DNA of 64,000 nucleotides. Origin: Candidatus Binatia bacterium. Lineage in GTDB: Bacteria > Desulfobacterota > Binatia > HRBIN30 > CADEER01. This document shows, one piece after another, positions 49,144 through 58,058 of this stretch (positions are counted from its first letter, which is position 1; each line of letters begins with the position of its first letter). The position numbers and the translations under genes were made by a program. The stretch covers positions 20,156 through 84,155 of the forward strand of contig JBFXHX010000018.1 of NCBI GenBank assembly GCA_050176585.1. Direction: 5' to 3'. The notes under the pieces are model-generated. The model did not search any database, had not been told where the DNA came from, and worked only from the letters and a program-made list of their open reading frames with translations.

Positions 49144-50342
49144 GTGGGCGCGGCTCGCGCTGGCTCGGCGCGCCCGCGCGCAGGCGCTGCCAGCGGCTCG
49201 CAGATGAACGGGGGGTCGCGCTCATCCTGGTGTTGATCATCGTCGCGCTGCTGACCGTGACCGTGACCGAGTTCACGTACTCGGTGCAGATCGACCAGCA
49301 CCGCACGCGCAACGCCATTCACGCCTTGCAGGCCCAGCTGCTGGCGCGCTCCGGGATCAACCTCGCCGAGGGCTTCCTCATGCTCGACGCGGAGCAGGGC
49401 TTCGACGCATACAGCGAGGACTGGTGGCTGCAGCTGCTCGAATTCTGCCGAGAAATGCCGCTCGACAATACGATGCGGATCCGCTGCACCGTCCGCGACG
49501 AGAGCGGCAAGATCAACCTCAACAACACGCGCGAGCCGCGCCGGCAGACACAAGCGCAGGCCGTGACCGCGAGCGCCGTGTTGCGCGACGGGTTGCGCTG
49601 CATCTTCGAGCGGCGCGGCATCGACGTGGAAGTGGTCGACAAGCTGGCCGACTATTGGCAGCAGGAGCCGCCGGCGCGAACGGACGGCACGCTCGCAACG
49701 ATTCCCGACTTCACCTCACTCGAGGATTTCGGCGCGACCTTCGGCATCTCGGCCGCGCAACTGCACGAGCTGCGGCACGTGGTGACGGCTCAGCCGCGCG
49801 AGGTGCTGCGCAAGATCAACGTGAACACGGCTCCCGCCGAGGTGCTGGCGGCGGTGATCAACGCCGAGCAGCAGGGTTGCCCGCCGAACGAGCAGGTGGA
49901 GGAGATCATCGAGCGCCAGCGCGACGTCGAACAGCCTTTCCGGACGACCGGGGAGGTCACCGCCATGCTGTCAGGCCTCGATAACGCCAACCTCAAGGGC
50001 GGGCTCTTCGACGTGAAGAGCAGTCTATATCGGCTCGAGGCCAGCGCCTTGGCCAACGTCGATCCGGAGGACCCAGACGGCGGCGGGATCGGGCAGACGC
50101 TCGGCGTCCTGGTCTGGCGGCGGATCGGTCCGGCGCGCCCCGGCGCAACCGGCGCCGGTCCCGTGCGTACCGGCGGGGTCGCGGCCGGAACAGAGGACAA
50201 GCCTCTCCCCAACTGGACTTTGCGTCCTTTGGACTGGCAAAAGGAGGGGGGCGCTCGCCTGTTCCGCAGTCCCGCCGGTGGCGAGGATGAGCCCGGGTTG
50301 ATGGACGAGGACGCGGAAGCCGAGAACGGCGAGATCGGCTGA
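49140..50342 (+). CDS. gspK: Type II secretion minor pseudopilin GspK
   Basis: ATGA overlap with gspJ. RGVALILVLIIVALL… TM. …ESGKINLN… and INVNTAPAEVL (HhH-like) motifs. Confidence 0.85.
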   Translation: MSGRGSRWLGAPARRRCQRLADERGVALILVLIIVALLTVTVTEFTYSVQIDQHRTRNAIHALQAQLLARSGINLAEGFLMLDAEQGFDAYSEDWWLQLLEFCREMPLDNTMRIRCTVRDESGKINLNNTREPRRQTQAQAVTASAVLRDGLRCIFERRGIDVEVVDKLADYWQQEPPARTDGTLATIPDFTSLEDFGATFGISAAQLHELRHVVTAQPREVLRKINVNTAPAEVLAAVINAEQQGCPPNEQVEEIIERQRDVEQPFRTTGEVTAMLSGLDNANLKGGLFDVKSSLYRLEASALANVDPEDPDGGGIGQTLGVLVWRRIGPARPGATGAGPVRTGGVAAGTEDKPLPNWTLRPLDWQKEGGARLFRSPAGGEDEPGLMDEDAEAENGEIG

Positions 50343-50349
50343 CCTATCC

Positions 50350-51840
50350 ATGCCACACCGCATAGTTTCTCTAGAAATCGGCGACGCGGAGCTGAAAGCC
50401 GCCGTGTTGCAGACCAGCTTCCGCGACTACAAGGTCACGGCCTTTCATCGTGAAGCCCTCAACGGCGCGCCGGATCAGCAACTGCGCTCCTTTCTCGAGC
50501 GCTACGCGGAGGCGGGCGATACCATTCTCACCGCGCTACCCGGGGACCGGGTCACGTGGCGGACCTTCTTTCTCCCCTTTCGCGACCAAAAGAGGCTGGC
50601 GCAGACCGTTCCGTTCGAGCTCGAGAACAGCGTGCCGTTCGGCCTCGATGAGGTCGTGGTCGACTACCAGGTCCTGCACCGCGACCGCGCCGGCACGACC
50701 GTGCTGGCGGCGCTGGTGCAGAAGGACGACCTCGAAGCGCACCTCGAGCTGCTGCAGCGCGGCGGCGCCGATCCGAAAGTAGTCGATATCGGCCCGCTCG
50801 CTTCGCTCAACACCCTCAGCTTGGTCGGCGACCTCCCGCCGACGTTTGCGTATCTCGACTTCGGCCCTCAGGCCGTGACGGTGGCCCTCTACCGCGAGCG
50901 CGAGCTGAGCGGGCTGCGCACCCTCGCGCGCGGTTCCGCGCACGACGACGCGCCCCTGAACGGCGGCGGACTCGAATCGGGTGAGCGCGCCGATAGGCTG
51001 GTCGCCGATGTGCGCTGGACTCTGCTGGCGCTGAACGGCGCCCCCCTGGACGACGCGCTGCCGTGCTATGTGGCCGGAGAGGCCGCCGAGCTCGATGCCA
51101 TCGCCGCGCCGCTCGCGGAGGCGCTGGGCGTCCATGTGCGCCGGCTCGACCGATTGCCGCTGCGGAATCTCGCCACCGATGTGAGCGCGCAGGCCCCGGC
51201 GTTCAGCTCGAGCCTGGGGCTCGCGTTGCGCGAGGTGGCTCCGACCTCCACGATGGGCGTCAACTTCCGCAAAGGCGAGTTCACGTTCCATCGCAGCCAG
51301 CAGGAGTTCCGGCGCGCGCTGCGGACCGTCGCCGCGCTGGGGATCATCGTGCTGGTGCTGACCGTGCTCGATCTGTTCACCAAGCATCAGCAGCTGAAGC
51401 AGCAAGCCGCCGGAATCGAACAGCAGATTCAGCAGGTCTTCGCCGCGGCGTTGCCCGACTCCGGCCGCGTGCCGAATCCGAAAGCCGTCCTGCAGGAGGA
51501 GGCCGACGGGCTGCGCCGGCGCGTGGATCTGCTCAACGACGTCGTCCCGGTGAGCAGCTCCACCAGCATCGACATTCTTCGTGCCGTGTCATCCGCCGTG
51601 CCGAACAAGATCCGCGTCGATTGCGAAGAGTACACCATGGATCCCGACGCCGTGCGCGTGCGCTGCAACACCGAGAGCTACGACGCGGTCGACGAGATCA
51701 AGGAAGGCCTGCGCGAGACCGGGTATTTCAGCGAGGTCGAAGTGAAGGATGCCAAGGCGAATCCGAAGGGCGGGGTCGATTTCCGCATGACGCTCACGCT
51801 CAACAAGTACTTCCGACCGCGCGGAGGGCACCGCCAGTGA
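50350..51840 (+). CDS. gspL: Type II secretion protein GspL (PilM-like actin-fold N-domain, TM, periplasmic domain)
   Basis: Position after gspK. A cytoplasmic domain of about 300 aa, a single TM (LRTVAALGIIVLVLTVL), and a ferredoxin-like C-domain. Confidence 0.8.
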   Translation: MPHRIVSLEIGDAELKAAVLQTSFRDYKVTAFHREALNGAPDQQLRSFLERYAEAGDTILTALPGDRVTWRTFFLPFRDQKRLAQTVPFELENSVPFGLDEVVVDYQVLHRDRAGTTVLAALVQKDDLEAHLELLQRGGADPKVVDIGPLASLNTLSLVGDLPPTFAYLDFGPQAVTVALYRERELSGLRTLARGSAHDDAPLNGGGLESGERADRLVADVRWTLLALNGAPLDDALPCYVAGEAAELDAIAAPLAEALGVHVRRLDRLPLRNLATDVSAQAPAFSSSLGLALREVAPTSTMGVNFRKGEFTFHRSQQEFRRALRTVAALGIIVLVLTVLDLFTKHQQLKQQAAGIEQQIQQVFAAALPDSGRVPNPKAVLQEEADGLRRRVDLLNDVVPVSSSTSIDILRAVSSAVPNKIRVDCEEYTMDPDAVRVRCNTESYDAVDEIKEGLRETGYFSEVEVKDAKANPKGGVDFRMTLTLNKYFRPRGGHRQ

Positions 51841-52439
51841 AGCTGGATTTCCGCCAACTCACCGCCTCCTACCAGCGACTGTCGAGCCGCGAGCGCGGCC
51901 TGGTGGGCCTGGCCTCGGGGGCGTTGCTGGTGATCGCGCTCTACAGCTTCGTCTGGCAGCCGCTCGAGGATGGGCGCACGATGCTGAGCCGGCGCATCCA
52001 GACCAAGCAGCGCGAGTTGCTGGAGATCCAGCAGATGCGCGAGACCTACCTCGACCTGCTGAGGCAATTCGAGCTGCGCCAGAAAATCATCGAGCAAGCG
52101 GATCCCAAGTTCTCCCTGTTCCCGCACATGGAGGCCACCGTGGGCCGGGTCGTCGGCCGGGAGAAGATCAGCTCGATGAGCCCGCAAAACAAGGACATCG
52201 CCGGCGCGTATCGGGAGGAATCCGTCGAGATCAAGCTGAACGGCATCTCCCTGCAACAGATCGCCGATCTCATGTACCACATCGAGAAATCGACCCAGCC
52301 GTTGCGGCTCACGCGGTTGCAGGTGAAGAAGCGCGCCCGCGAACCGCAATCGTTCGACGTGACCGCGACCGTCTCCATGTTGCGCTCTCTGGACGCCGAC
52401 AAGGCGCCGGGGCCGGGCGAACCCGTTCCGGCCGGTTGA
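51837..52439 (+). CDS. gspM: Type II secretion protein GspM
   Basis: GTGA overlap with gspL. A single TM (LVGLASGALLVIALYSF) followed by a coiled region. Size and order are typical. Confidence 0.8.
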   Translation: MKLDFRQLTASYQRLSSRERGLVGLASGALLVIALYSFVWQPLEDGRTMLSRRIQTKQRELLEIQQMRETYLDLLRQFELRQKIIEQADPKFSLFPHMEATVGRVVGREKISSMSPQNKDIAGAYREESVEIKLNGISLQQIADLMYHIEKSTQPLRLTRLQVKKRAREPQSFDVTATVSMLRSLDADKAPGPGEPVPAG

Positions 52440-52446
52440 TCGCGCC

Positions 52447-53361
52447 ATGCGGCTCCCCGTTCTCCGAGTGCCGCGCCCCTCGTTTGAGTGGCTCGAGGCC
52501 GCGGCGACACGCACCACCCTGCTGTACGCGCTGTACACGGGCGTGCTGTTTTCGGTGTTCCTGCTCGCCAATTTCCCGCACGGCGCGGTCGTCCAGCGCG
52601 TCCTGCGCACCATCGACGTGCCAGGCCTGCGGATCGACGTCGGCGGAGCGCGCTTTGCGTGGTGGCGCGGCATCGAGCTGCAAGACGTCCGCGTCGCGCC
52701 GCTCCATCCCGAGCAGCCGGACTACTTCCGTGCCGAGGGCCTGTACCTGCGGCCGGGTTTCGACGGCTTGTTGGACGGCCAGGTGCGCTCGTTTCACATC
52801 AGCGGTCCGACCTACGGCGGCGGTCTCGACGGCAGCTTCCACGGGGGCCAGGTGAATCGCGCCACCGTCTCCATCGACGGCCTCCAGCTGCAGCGGTATC
52901 CGCTGCTCGCATCCCTGCTGAACGGCGGCCACATCGCCGGCCGTCTCAGCGGCGCCGCCACCCTCGAGGCGCCGAACAATGGCGATGGCGAAATGCGCGC
53001 CGCCGGCGAGCTGACGCTTTCGCAAGGCAGCATGGTCGACGCCAAATGGAAGCAGCTGCCAGTGCCAGCGCTGCACTTCGATACGGTCACGCTGAAGTTC
53101 AGCCTGCAGGGGAGCCGACTCGAGATCCAGGAACTGGATGCCAGTGGCCCGGAGCTGAAGATCAGCGGCAGTGGCCAGATTGCGTTGCGGCCGGTGATCG
53201 CCGACAGCGTGTTGAACCTCAAGGTGTCCATCGCCCCCGGCAATGAGAGCCCCGAAACGATCACCGCTTTGCTGGCGCTCCTGCCCCCGCCGACGCGGGG
53301 TGCCAAGCCGGACGCGCCGCGCGTGCTGAGCGGAACGCTTGCCAAGCCGAGGCTCCGCTAG
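52447..53361 (+). CDS. gspN: Type II secretion protein GspN
   Basis: N-terminal TM. C-terminal …ELKISGSGQI…L.L…P..R, typical of GspN. It is the last gene of the cluster. Confidence 0.75.
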   Translation: MRLPVLRVPRPSFEWLEAAATRTTLLYALYTGVLFSVFLLANFPHGAVVQRVLRTIDVPGLRIDVGGARFAWWRGIELQDVRVAPLHPEQPDYFRAEGLYLRPGFDGLLDGQVRSFHISGPTYGGGLDGSFHGGQVNRATVSIDGLQLQRYPLLASLLNGGHIAGRLSGAATLEAPNNGDGEMRAAGELTLSQGSMVDAKWKQLPVPALHFDTVTLKFSLQGSRLEIQELDASGPELKISGSGQIALRPVIADSVLNLKVSIAPGNESPETITALLALLPPPTRGAKPDAPRVLSGTLAKPRLR

Positions 53362-53483
53362 GGTCATCGACGGGTCGCGGGGGCGATGGGCTCGCCGCCG
53401 CCAGCCGCGGAACACGGGCTCCACCCGCATTGACGCGGCGGGTCCCATGGTCGATCCTCATCACCGAGCGAACGGAGGCGAGC

Positions 53484-54029
53484 ATGGCGTACGAGCAGAT
53501 CGAGACCCGCCGCGAATGTGAAGCGGTACAGATTCCGCAGGGCGTCGCTGTCCGCATCCCCGCCGGCACGACCGCGATCATCACGCAATCGCTCGGCGGC
53601 AGCTACACGCTCCAGATTCCGAGCCTCGGCGGCTTGTTCCGGGTGGACGGCTGCGACGCGGATGCCCTCGGCCTCGAGAATGCGCAGCCCGACGATGCCG
53701 CGGCGGACGGGGCACCCGTCAGTGAAGACACGATCTGGGCGCAGCTGCGCCACGTGTACGATCCCGAGATCCCGGTAAACATCGTCGACCTCGGGCTGGT
53801 CTACGACATGCGCGTGCTGCCGGCGGGCAGCGGCGGCAGCCGCGTCGAGGTCAAGATGACGCTCACCGCCCAGGGCTGCGGAATGGGGCACGCGATCTCC
53901 ATGGACGCCAAGCGACGCATCGAGAGCCTTGCCGGCGTCGAGGAAGCGGATGTGCAGGTGGTATGGGATCCGCCTTGGAATCCGCACATGATCTCTCCGG
54001 AAGGGCGCGCCAAGCTCGGCATGGAATGA
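53484..54029 (+). CDS. sufT: SufT-like Fe-S assembly protein (N-terminal SufT domain plus DUF59/MIP18 domain)
   Basis: GGAGG SD before ATG 53484. Blocks: …VQIPQG..V.IP.G….ITQSLGGSYT… then …VYDPEIPVNIVDLGLVY…TLTAQGCGMG…. Confidence 0.7.
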   Translation: MAYEQIETRRECEAVQIPQGVAVRIPAGTTAIITQSLGGSYTLQIPSLGGLFRVDGCDADALGLENAQPDDAAADGAPVSEDTIWAQLRHVYDPEIPVNIVDLGLVYDMRVLPAGSGGSRVEVKMTLTAQGCGMGHAISMDAKRRIESLAGVEEADVQVVWDPPWNPHMISPEGRAKLGME

Positions 54030-54217
54030 CCCTTCGCCGCCCGTCGTAACCGCAAGACGACCGCGGTCGCTGCCCGCAGCCATAATTTCCTATTGTGGAC
54101 GCGGGACGTCTATGATAAGCGACCACGAATGCCACGCTGAACTTGATGCAGCGTTGCTAATGTCACACAGAGCGCGACTTATGCGCGCATCGGCCAAGGC
54201 CGAGAAGGCGGTTACGA

Positions 54218-54604
54218 ATGGTTCCCAAGATGTCGCCGGTGATCATCCCGGAGGAGTTGATCGCCTCGGAGCCGGCCCTACCCGTACAGTTTCAGGACAT
54301 CTGGCACCGGACGAGATACGTCTCGCCGGAACGCTCGCTCGTCCTGTCGGTGGTCTGGCAAGCCGTGATCGATCTGCAGAAGTATCGCTTCGCCAAGCGC
54401 CGTCGCCAGCAGCGCCTCTTCATGGAGGCGTACAACTGGGTAGCCTCTACCGATCGCAAATGGCCGTACGCGTTCGAGAACATCGCCGAGATGCTGAACG
54501 TCGATTCTGAGCGCCTGCGCGAGCAGTTGATTGGCAACAGCGAACCGATTTTCGCGCCGATGCCCGCTCCATCCCTCGAGGTGGAAGAGGCAGCAGCCGC
54601 TTGA
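54218..54604 (+). CDS. Hypothetical protein (128 aa)
   Basis: Codon usage looks coding. It is preceded by a roughly 190-nt relatively AT-rich gap. No family recognised. Confidence 0.55.
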   Translation: MVPKMSPVIIPEELIASEPALPVQFQDIWHRTRYVSPERSLVLSVVWQAVIDLQKYRFAKRRRQQRLFMEAYNWVASTDRKWPYAFENIAEMLNVDSERLREQLIGNSEPIFAPMPAPSLEVEEAAAA

Positions 54605-54628
54605 CGCGGCGCGCTTGCGATTCCCTGC

Positions 54629-56110
54629 TCAGCGGGCGGGAGCGCAGGACATCGGCCGAGTCTCGACCACGAGCTCGCGCTCCCACCATGCGGTGGTGCT
54701 GGCGCGCGTCTGTGGGTCGCTGAAGCGATAACGCCAGAAGAGGATCTTCACGGCCGTCCGCCGCGCTGGCAGGGCGGGCACGAACAACGGCTGCACTGCT
54801 TGCGGGTCGCGGCAGAGCCGCTCCAGCAGCGCGCCGACGTAGCCCGGCGTGCCGCGGGTGAAGCTGAGCCCGTAGAACCAGAGCTGGAAATCGACGCGCG
54901 GTTGGTGCGGCGCCACGATGGGCGGCGCGCGCTGCACATCTCCCGGCTTGTACCAGAGCATGAGCTCGGTCCATTGGCCGTCGCTTTCGACGGCGAACTG
55001 CGGCTCGATGCGCTCGCGGGTCACCTGACCGAAGAGGTGGTACGTGTTGACCAGTCGCCACGGCGCCACGCGACGCAGCAGCGCGTAGAGCGAAGCCGGC
55101 GCGTAGCCGGGCGCAAACGTCGCCAGCGCATCGCCGGCGGAGATGCCGACGTAGATCGCGGTGACGAGCACGGCCAAGGCAGGGCGCAACTCAGCGGGCG
55201 CGGCGCGCGCCGGCGCTCCCGAGCGCGCGATGCGCCCGCGCGTGGGGAGCCGATCGAGCACGCGTTGCAGGTCGGCGTCGGCGAGCAGAAACACCTGCAG
55301 GATCAAGGCGAGATAAACGAAGAAGCCGTAATTCGCGGTCGCCACGTTGGCCAGTTGAAACGCGCCGAACGCGGCGAACAGCCACAGGCGCGCTCGACGG
55401 GGGCCGAAGACTAGCAGTGGACCGGCGAGCTCCAGCAGCAGCACGGCCCGGCTTTCGAAGTGATGCCACCATTGCGGCAGGTGGTGTGCATACCACCCGA
55501 TCCACGTCGGCAGCGGCGCGGTCTCGTAATACCAGACCATCGCGCTGCCATCCTGCCAGTCACCGAGAGGCGACTGCCACTTGGCTATTCCCGATTCCCA
55601 GTAGAGCTTGAAGAGCAGCAGCCGGAAGAGCGCGTGTACCCAGGGCGCCGGCCGATCGGTCGGGAGCAGAACCGCCAGCGCGCCGCACTCGAGCAACAGG
55701 TTGTCCCATTGGAAAGAGAGAAAGCTCTGTGCGACGGTGGCGTACGACAGGTACAACGCCGTGGCGATCCCCGTGCACAGCCGCGGCCGCCAGCCGAGGA
55801 ACGCCGCCGCCGATAGGGCCACGCCGAGCCAAATACCGCCGCGCAGGGCGAGGTCGCTGGCGTCGAGCCAGAAGACGGTTGGCAACGTCAGCCAACCGAG
55901 CCCGTGCGCGCGCGCGTCGGCCAAATAGCCGGCGGCCGGCAGCAGGCCGTGGCTGCCGACGAGCACGTCCAGTTGCCGGCCGAGCGAGAGCCACGCGGCG
56001 CAGAACGTGGCCGCGAGGAGCCGGTGAAACAGGCGCGCGACGAGTGCGCCGGAGCGCCGAGCGGATTCCGCGGGCGCCGCCGTCACCGGCCGGGTCGCGC
56101 GCTCGCTCAC
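54629..56110 (-). CDS. Lipase maturation factor (LMF1/DUF1222)-like polytopic membrane protein
   Basis: Blocks: FQWDNLLLECGALAVLL…FKLYWESGIAKW…W.DGSAM.WYYET.PLPTW..WY.H.LP.W and …NTYHLFG..T..R.E…. Confidence 0.6.
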   Translation of the reverse strand: MSERATRPVTAAPAESARRSGALVARLFHRLLAATFCAAWLSLGRQLDVLVGSHGLLPAAGYLADARAHGLGWLTLPTVFWLDASDLALRGGIWLGVALSAAAFLGWRPRLCTGIATALYLSYATVAQSFLSFQWDNLLLECGALAVLLPTDRPAPWVHALFRLLLFKLYWESGIAKWQSPLGDWQDGSAMVWYYETAPLPTWIGWYAHHLPQWWHHFESRAVLLLELAGPLLVFGPRRARLWLFAAFGAFQLANVATANYGFFVYLALILQVFLLADADLQRVLDRLPTRGRIARSGAPARAAPAELRPALAVLVTAIYVGISAGDALATFAPGYAPASLYALLRRVAPWRLVNTYHLFGQVTRERIEPQFAVESDGQWTELMLWYKPGDVQRAPPIVAPHQPRVDFQLWFYGLSFTRGTPGYVGALLERLCRDPQAVQPLFVPALPARRTAVKILFWRYRFSDPQTRASTTAWWERELVVETRPMSCAPAR

Positions 56111-56131
56111 CCCGCGCTCGCGCGTGCGGGC

Positions 56132-56971
56132 TCAGCGGTGCAGGAACACCGGGCAGTCGCTGTTGCGCAGCACGTACTCGGTCGTGCTGCCGAGCACCAT
56201 TTCGATGATGCGCCCGTGGCCATATGCGCCGATGAAGAGCAGGTCGTGGCCGCGCTCGCGGATGAAGTTGGCGATCCGCTCCGGCGCATTGCCGGTCTGC
56301 TGCAGCTCGAGCTGTACTTGGAGCCCGTATGGCCTCAGGTACGCCTCCGCTTCCGCGAGCACGCGGCGGCCGGCCTCCTCGTCGCGGTTCACGGTCAGGA
56401 CCGTCAGCGGCAATGCCAACGTGGCGCAGAACTCGGCCGCCTGCTGCATGACCGCCGATGCGCGCGCGCTGCCGTCGTACGCCAGCAGCGGCTTGCGCGG
56501 CTCTACGAACGCGAGCGGCGCGATGAACACGGGCTTCGGGCTCTTGCGCGTGACGCTCTCCGCCGTGCCGCCGAGGAGCCCGGTAGAGAAGCGTTCGTTG
56601 ACGCCGCGCCGTCCGATGACCACCAGGTCGGCGGTCCGCGCGCGCTCGGCGATCTCGTTCGCGACGATGCCCATCGCGAGCACGGTCTCCGCGCGCGCGC
56701 CGTGCGCCGCCGCATCCTCCGCGAACGCCTCGAGCAGGGCGCGGCCGCGCTCCTCGAGCACGCCGCGCATCTTCGATGAGAAGTCGAGATACGGCTCGAA
56801 GCCCAACGACCCCGAGATGTCGTGAAACAACGAGCCCTCGATCGACACGATGTCGACCACGTGCAGACCGACCACCCGCGCGCCCAGCCGTTGGGCGAGC
56901 CAGACGGCGTAACGGGTCGCCGTGCGCGCGTGCTCGGAGCCGTCGATGCCGACCAGGATCGTCTTAATCAT
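56132..56971 (-). CDS. Tandem-domain universal stress protein (UspA family)
   Basis: Two Usp domains, each ending in a G..G….LGS motif (…IGRRG…LLGGTAESV… and …IGAYGHGRIIEMVLGSTTEYV…). Confidence 0.85.
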   Translation of the reverse strand: MIKTILVGIDGSEHARTATRYAVWLAQRLGARVVGLHVVDIVSIEGSLFHDISGSLGFEPYLDFSSKMRGVLEERGRALLEAFAEDAAAHGARAETVLAMGIVANEIAERARTADLVVIGRRGVNERFSTGLLGGTAESVTRKSPKPVFIAPLAFVEPRKPLLAYDGSARASAVMQQAAEFCATLALPLTVLTVNRDEEAGRRVLAEAEAYLRPYGLQVQLELQQTGNAPERIANFIRERGHDLLFIGAYGHGRIIEMVLGSTTEYVLRNSDCPVFLHR

Positions 56972-57158
56972 GTGCGATGGCCGTTAGCACGGCCGAGGCG
57001 GGTGGAGCCAGCCGCATGTGCGCGGCGCACCGGCCGTGGTGCGGCGGCGGGCGGCAACACTGCGCGGCGCGGCACAGCAGCGCGAGCACGCGCGTGCGTG
57101 CGCGGCGCACGCGCGCGTTGCCTTTACATCCCGGCGCCCCTCTTCTAGGTTCGGCGCC

Positions 57159-57494
57159 ATGGCGGCGAAGGCGGCGGCTCCATCGGCGGCGCAATCCGCG
57201 TTGCTCGATGAGTTGAAGGCGGCGGCGGAGAAGACGGGGTTGCGCGTGCGCGAAGAGCGCCTCATGCGTGAGGTCGGATACCGGGTGCGCAGCGGGCGCT
57301 GTCGGCTGGGCGAAGACGAGATGCTGCTCCTCGACCGCGCTCTGCCGGTGACCGCACAGCTGGAGGTGCTGGTAGAGGAGCTCGCCAACCGTTCGCTCGA
57401 GGACATTTATCTCTCGCCAGCCGCGCGCGCGTTGATCGAGCGGGCCGCGGCAAGAGGGCCTCGGAATGGCGGAAGCGAAGCGCAGCACGGATGA
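57159..57494 (+). CDS. Hypothetical protein (111 aa) overlapping the fur start
   Basis: In-frame ATG at 57159. Its 3' end overlaps fur by 29 nt. No family recognised. Confidence 0.5.
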   Translation: MAAKAAAPSAAQSALLDELKAAAEKTGLRVREERLMREVGYRVRSGRCRLGEDEMLLLDRALPVTAQLEVLVEELANRSLEDIYLSPAARALIERAAARGPRNGGSEAQHG

Positions 57495-57939
57495 TCGCTT
57501 CACCCGCTTCAAGGATCACCTGCGGGCGCAGCGCCTGAAGTCCACGGCTCAACGCGACGCAATCGTCAAAGCCTTCCTCGAAGTCCAGCGGCACATCTCG
57601 GTCGAGGAGCTGTACAACGAGGTGCGCCGGCGGAATCCGCGCATCGGGTATGCCACCGTGTACCGGACGATGAAGCTGCTCACCGAATGCGGGGTCGCTG
57701 CGGAGCGCCATTTTCGCGATGGCGAAGCGCGCTACGAGAACGCGGCCAAGCGCCACCACGATCACCTGATTTGCGAGCAGTGCGGCAAGATCGTCGAGTT
57801 CGAAGAGCCGCGCATCGAGGAGCTGCAGGAATCGACCGCGCGCCGGCTGGGCTTCCAGTTCACGGGGCATAAGATGGAGCTGTACGGCCTGTGCCGCGAC
57901 TGCCGGCGCGGCGGTCAGCACGACAGCGCTACCGCCTGA
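57466..57939 (+). CDS. fur: Fur-family transcriptional regulator
   Basis: Blocks: STAQRDAIVKAF…HISVEELY…IGYATVYRTMKLL… and HHDHLIC..CG…C..C metal sites. Confidence 0.9.
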   Translation: MAEAKRSTDDRFTRFKDHLRAQRLKSTAQRDAIVKAFLEVQRHISVEELYNEVRRRNPRIGYATVYRTMKLLTECGVAAERHFRDGEARYENAAKRHHDHLICEQCGKIVEFEEPRIEELQESTARRLGFQFTGHKMELYGLCRDCRRGGQHDSATA

Positions 57940-58003
57940 GCGCGGCCGCACCGCCGCGGTGGGATGCCGCCGCGGGGCCGCGCGCGCGTCCCCCAGCGTT
58001 GTC

Positions 58004-58033
58004 TTGACATCCACAGCGCGCCGCGCATTTACT
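58004..58033 (+). promoter_or_regulatory. Promoter candidate TTGACA-N18-TTTACT for the iron permease gene
   Basis: Perfect -35 hexamer at 58004-58009. The -10 candidate abuts the Fur box. Confidence 0.35.
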
Positions 58034-58052
58034 GAAATTGATTTTCAGTATC
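58034..58052. promoter_or_regulatory. Fur box candidate GAAATTGATTTTCAGTATC
   Basis: 14/19 identities to the E. coli consensus GATAATGATAATCATTATC by hand alignment. It is embedded in the inverted repeat ACTGAAA-N5-TTTCAGT (58031-58049). It is the only AT-rich patch here, 7 nt upstream of ATG 58059 and just downstream of fur. Confidence 0.55.
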
Positions 58053-58058
58053 GTCGTT

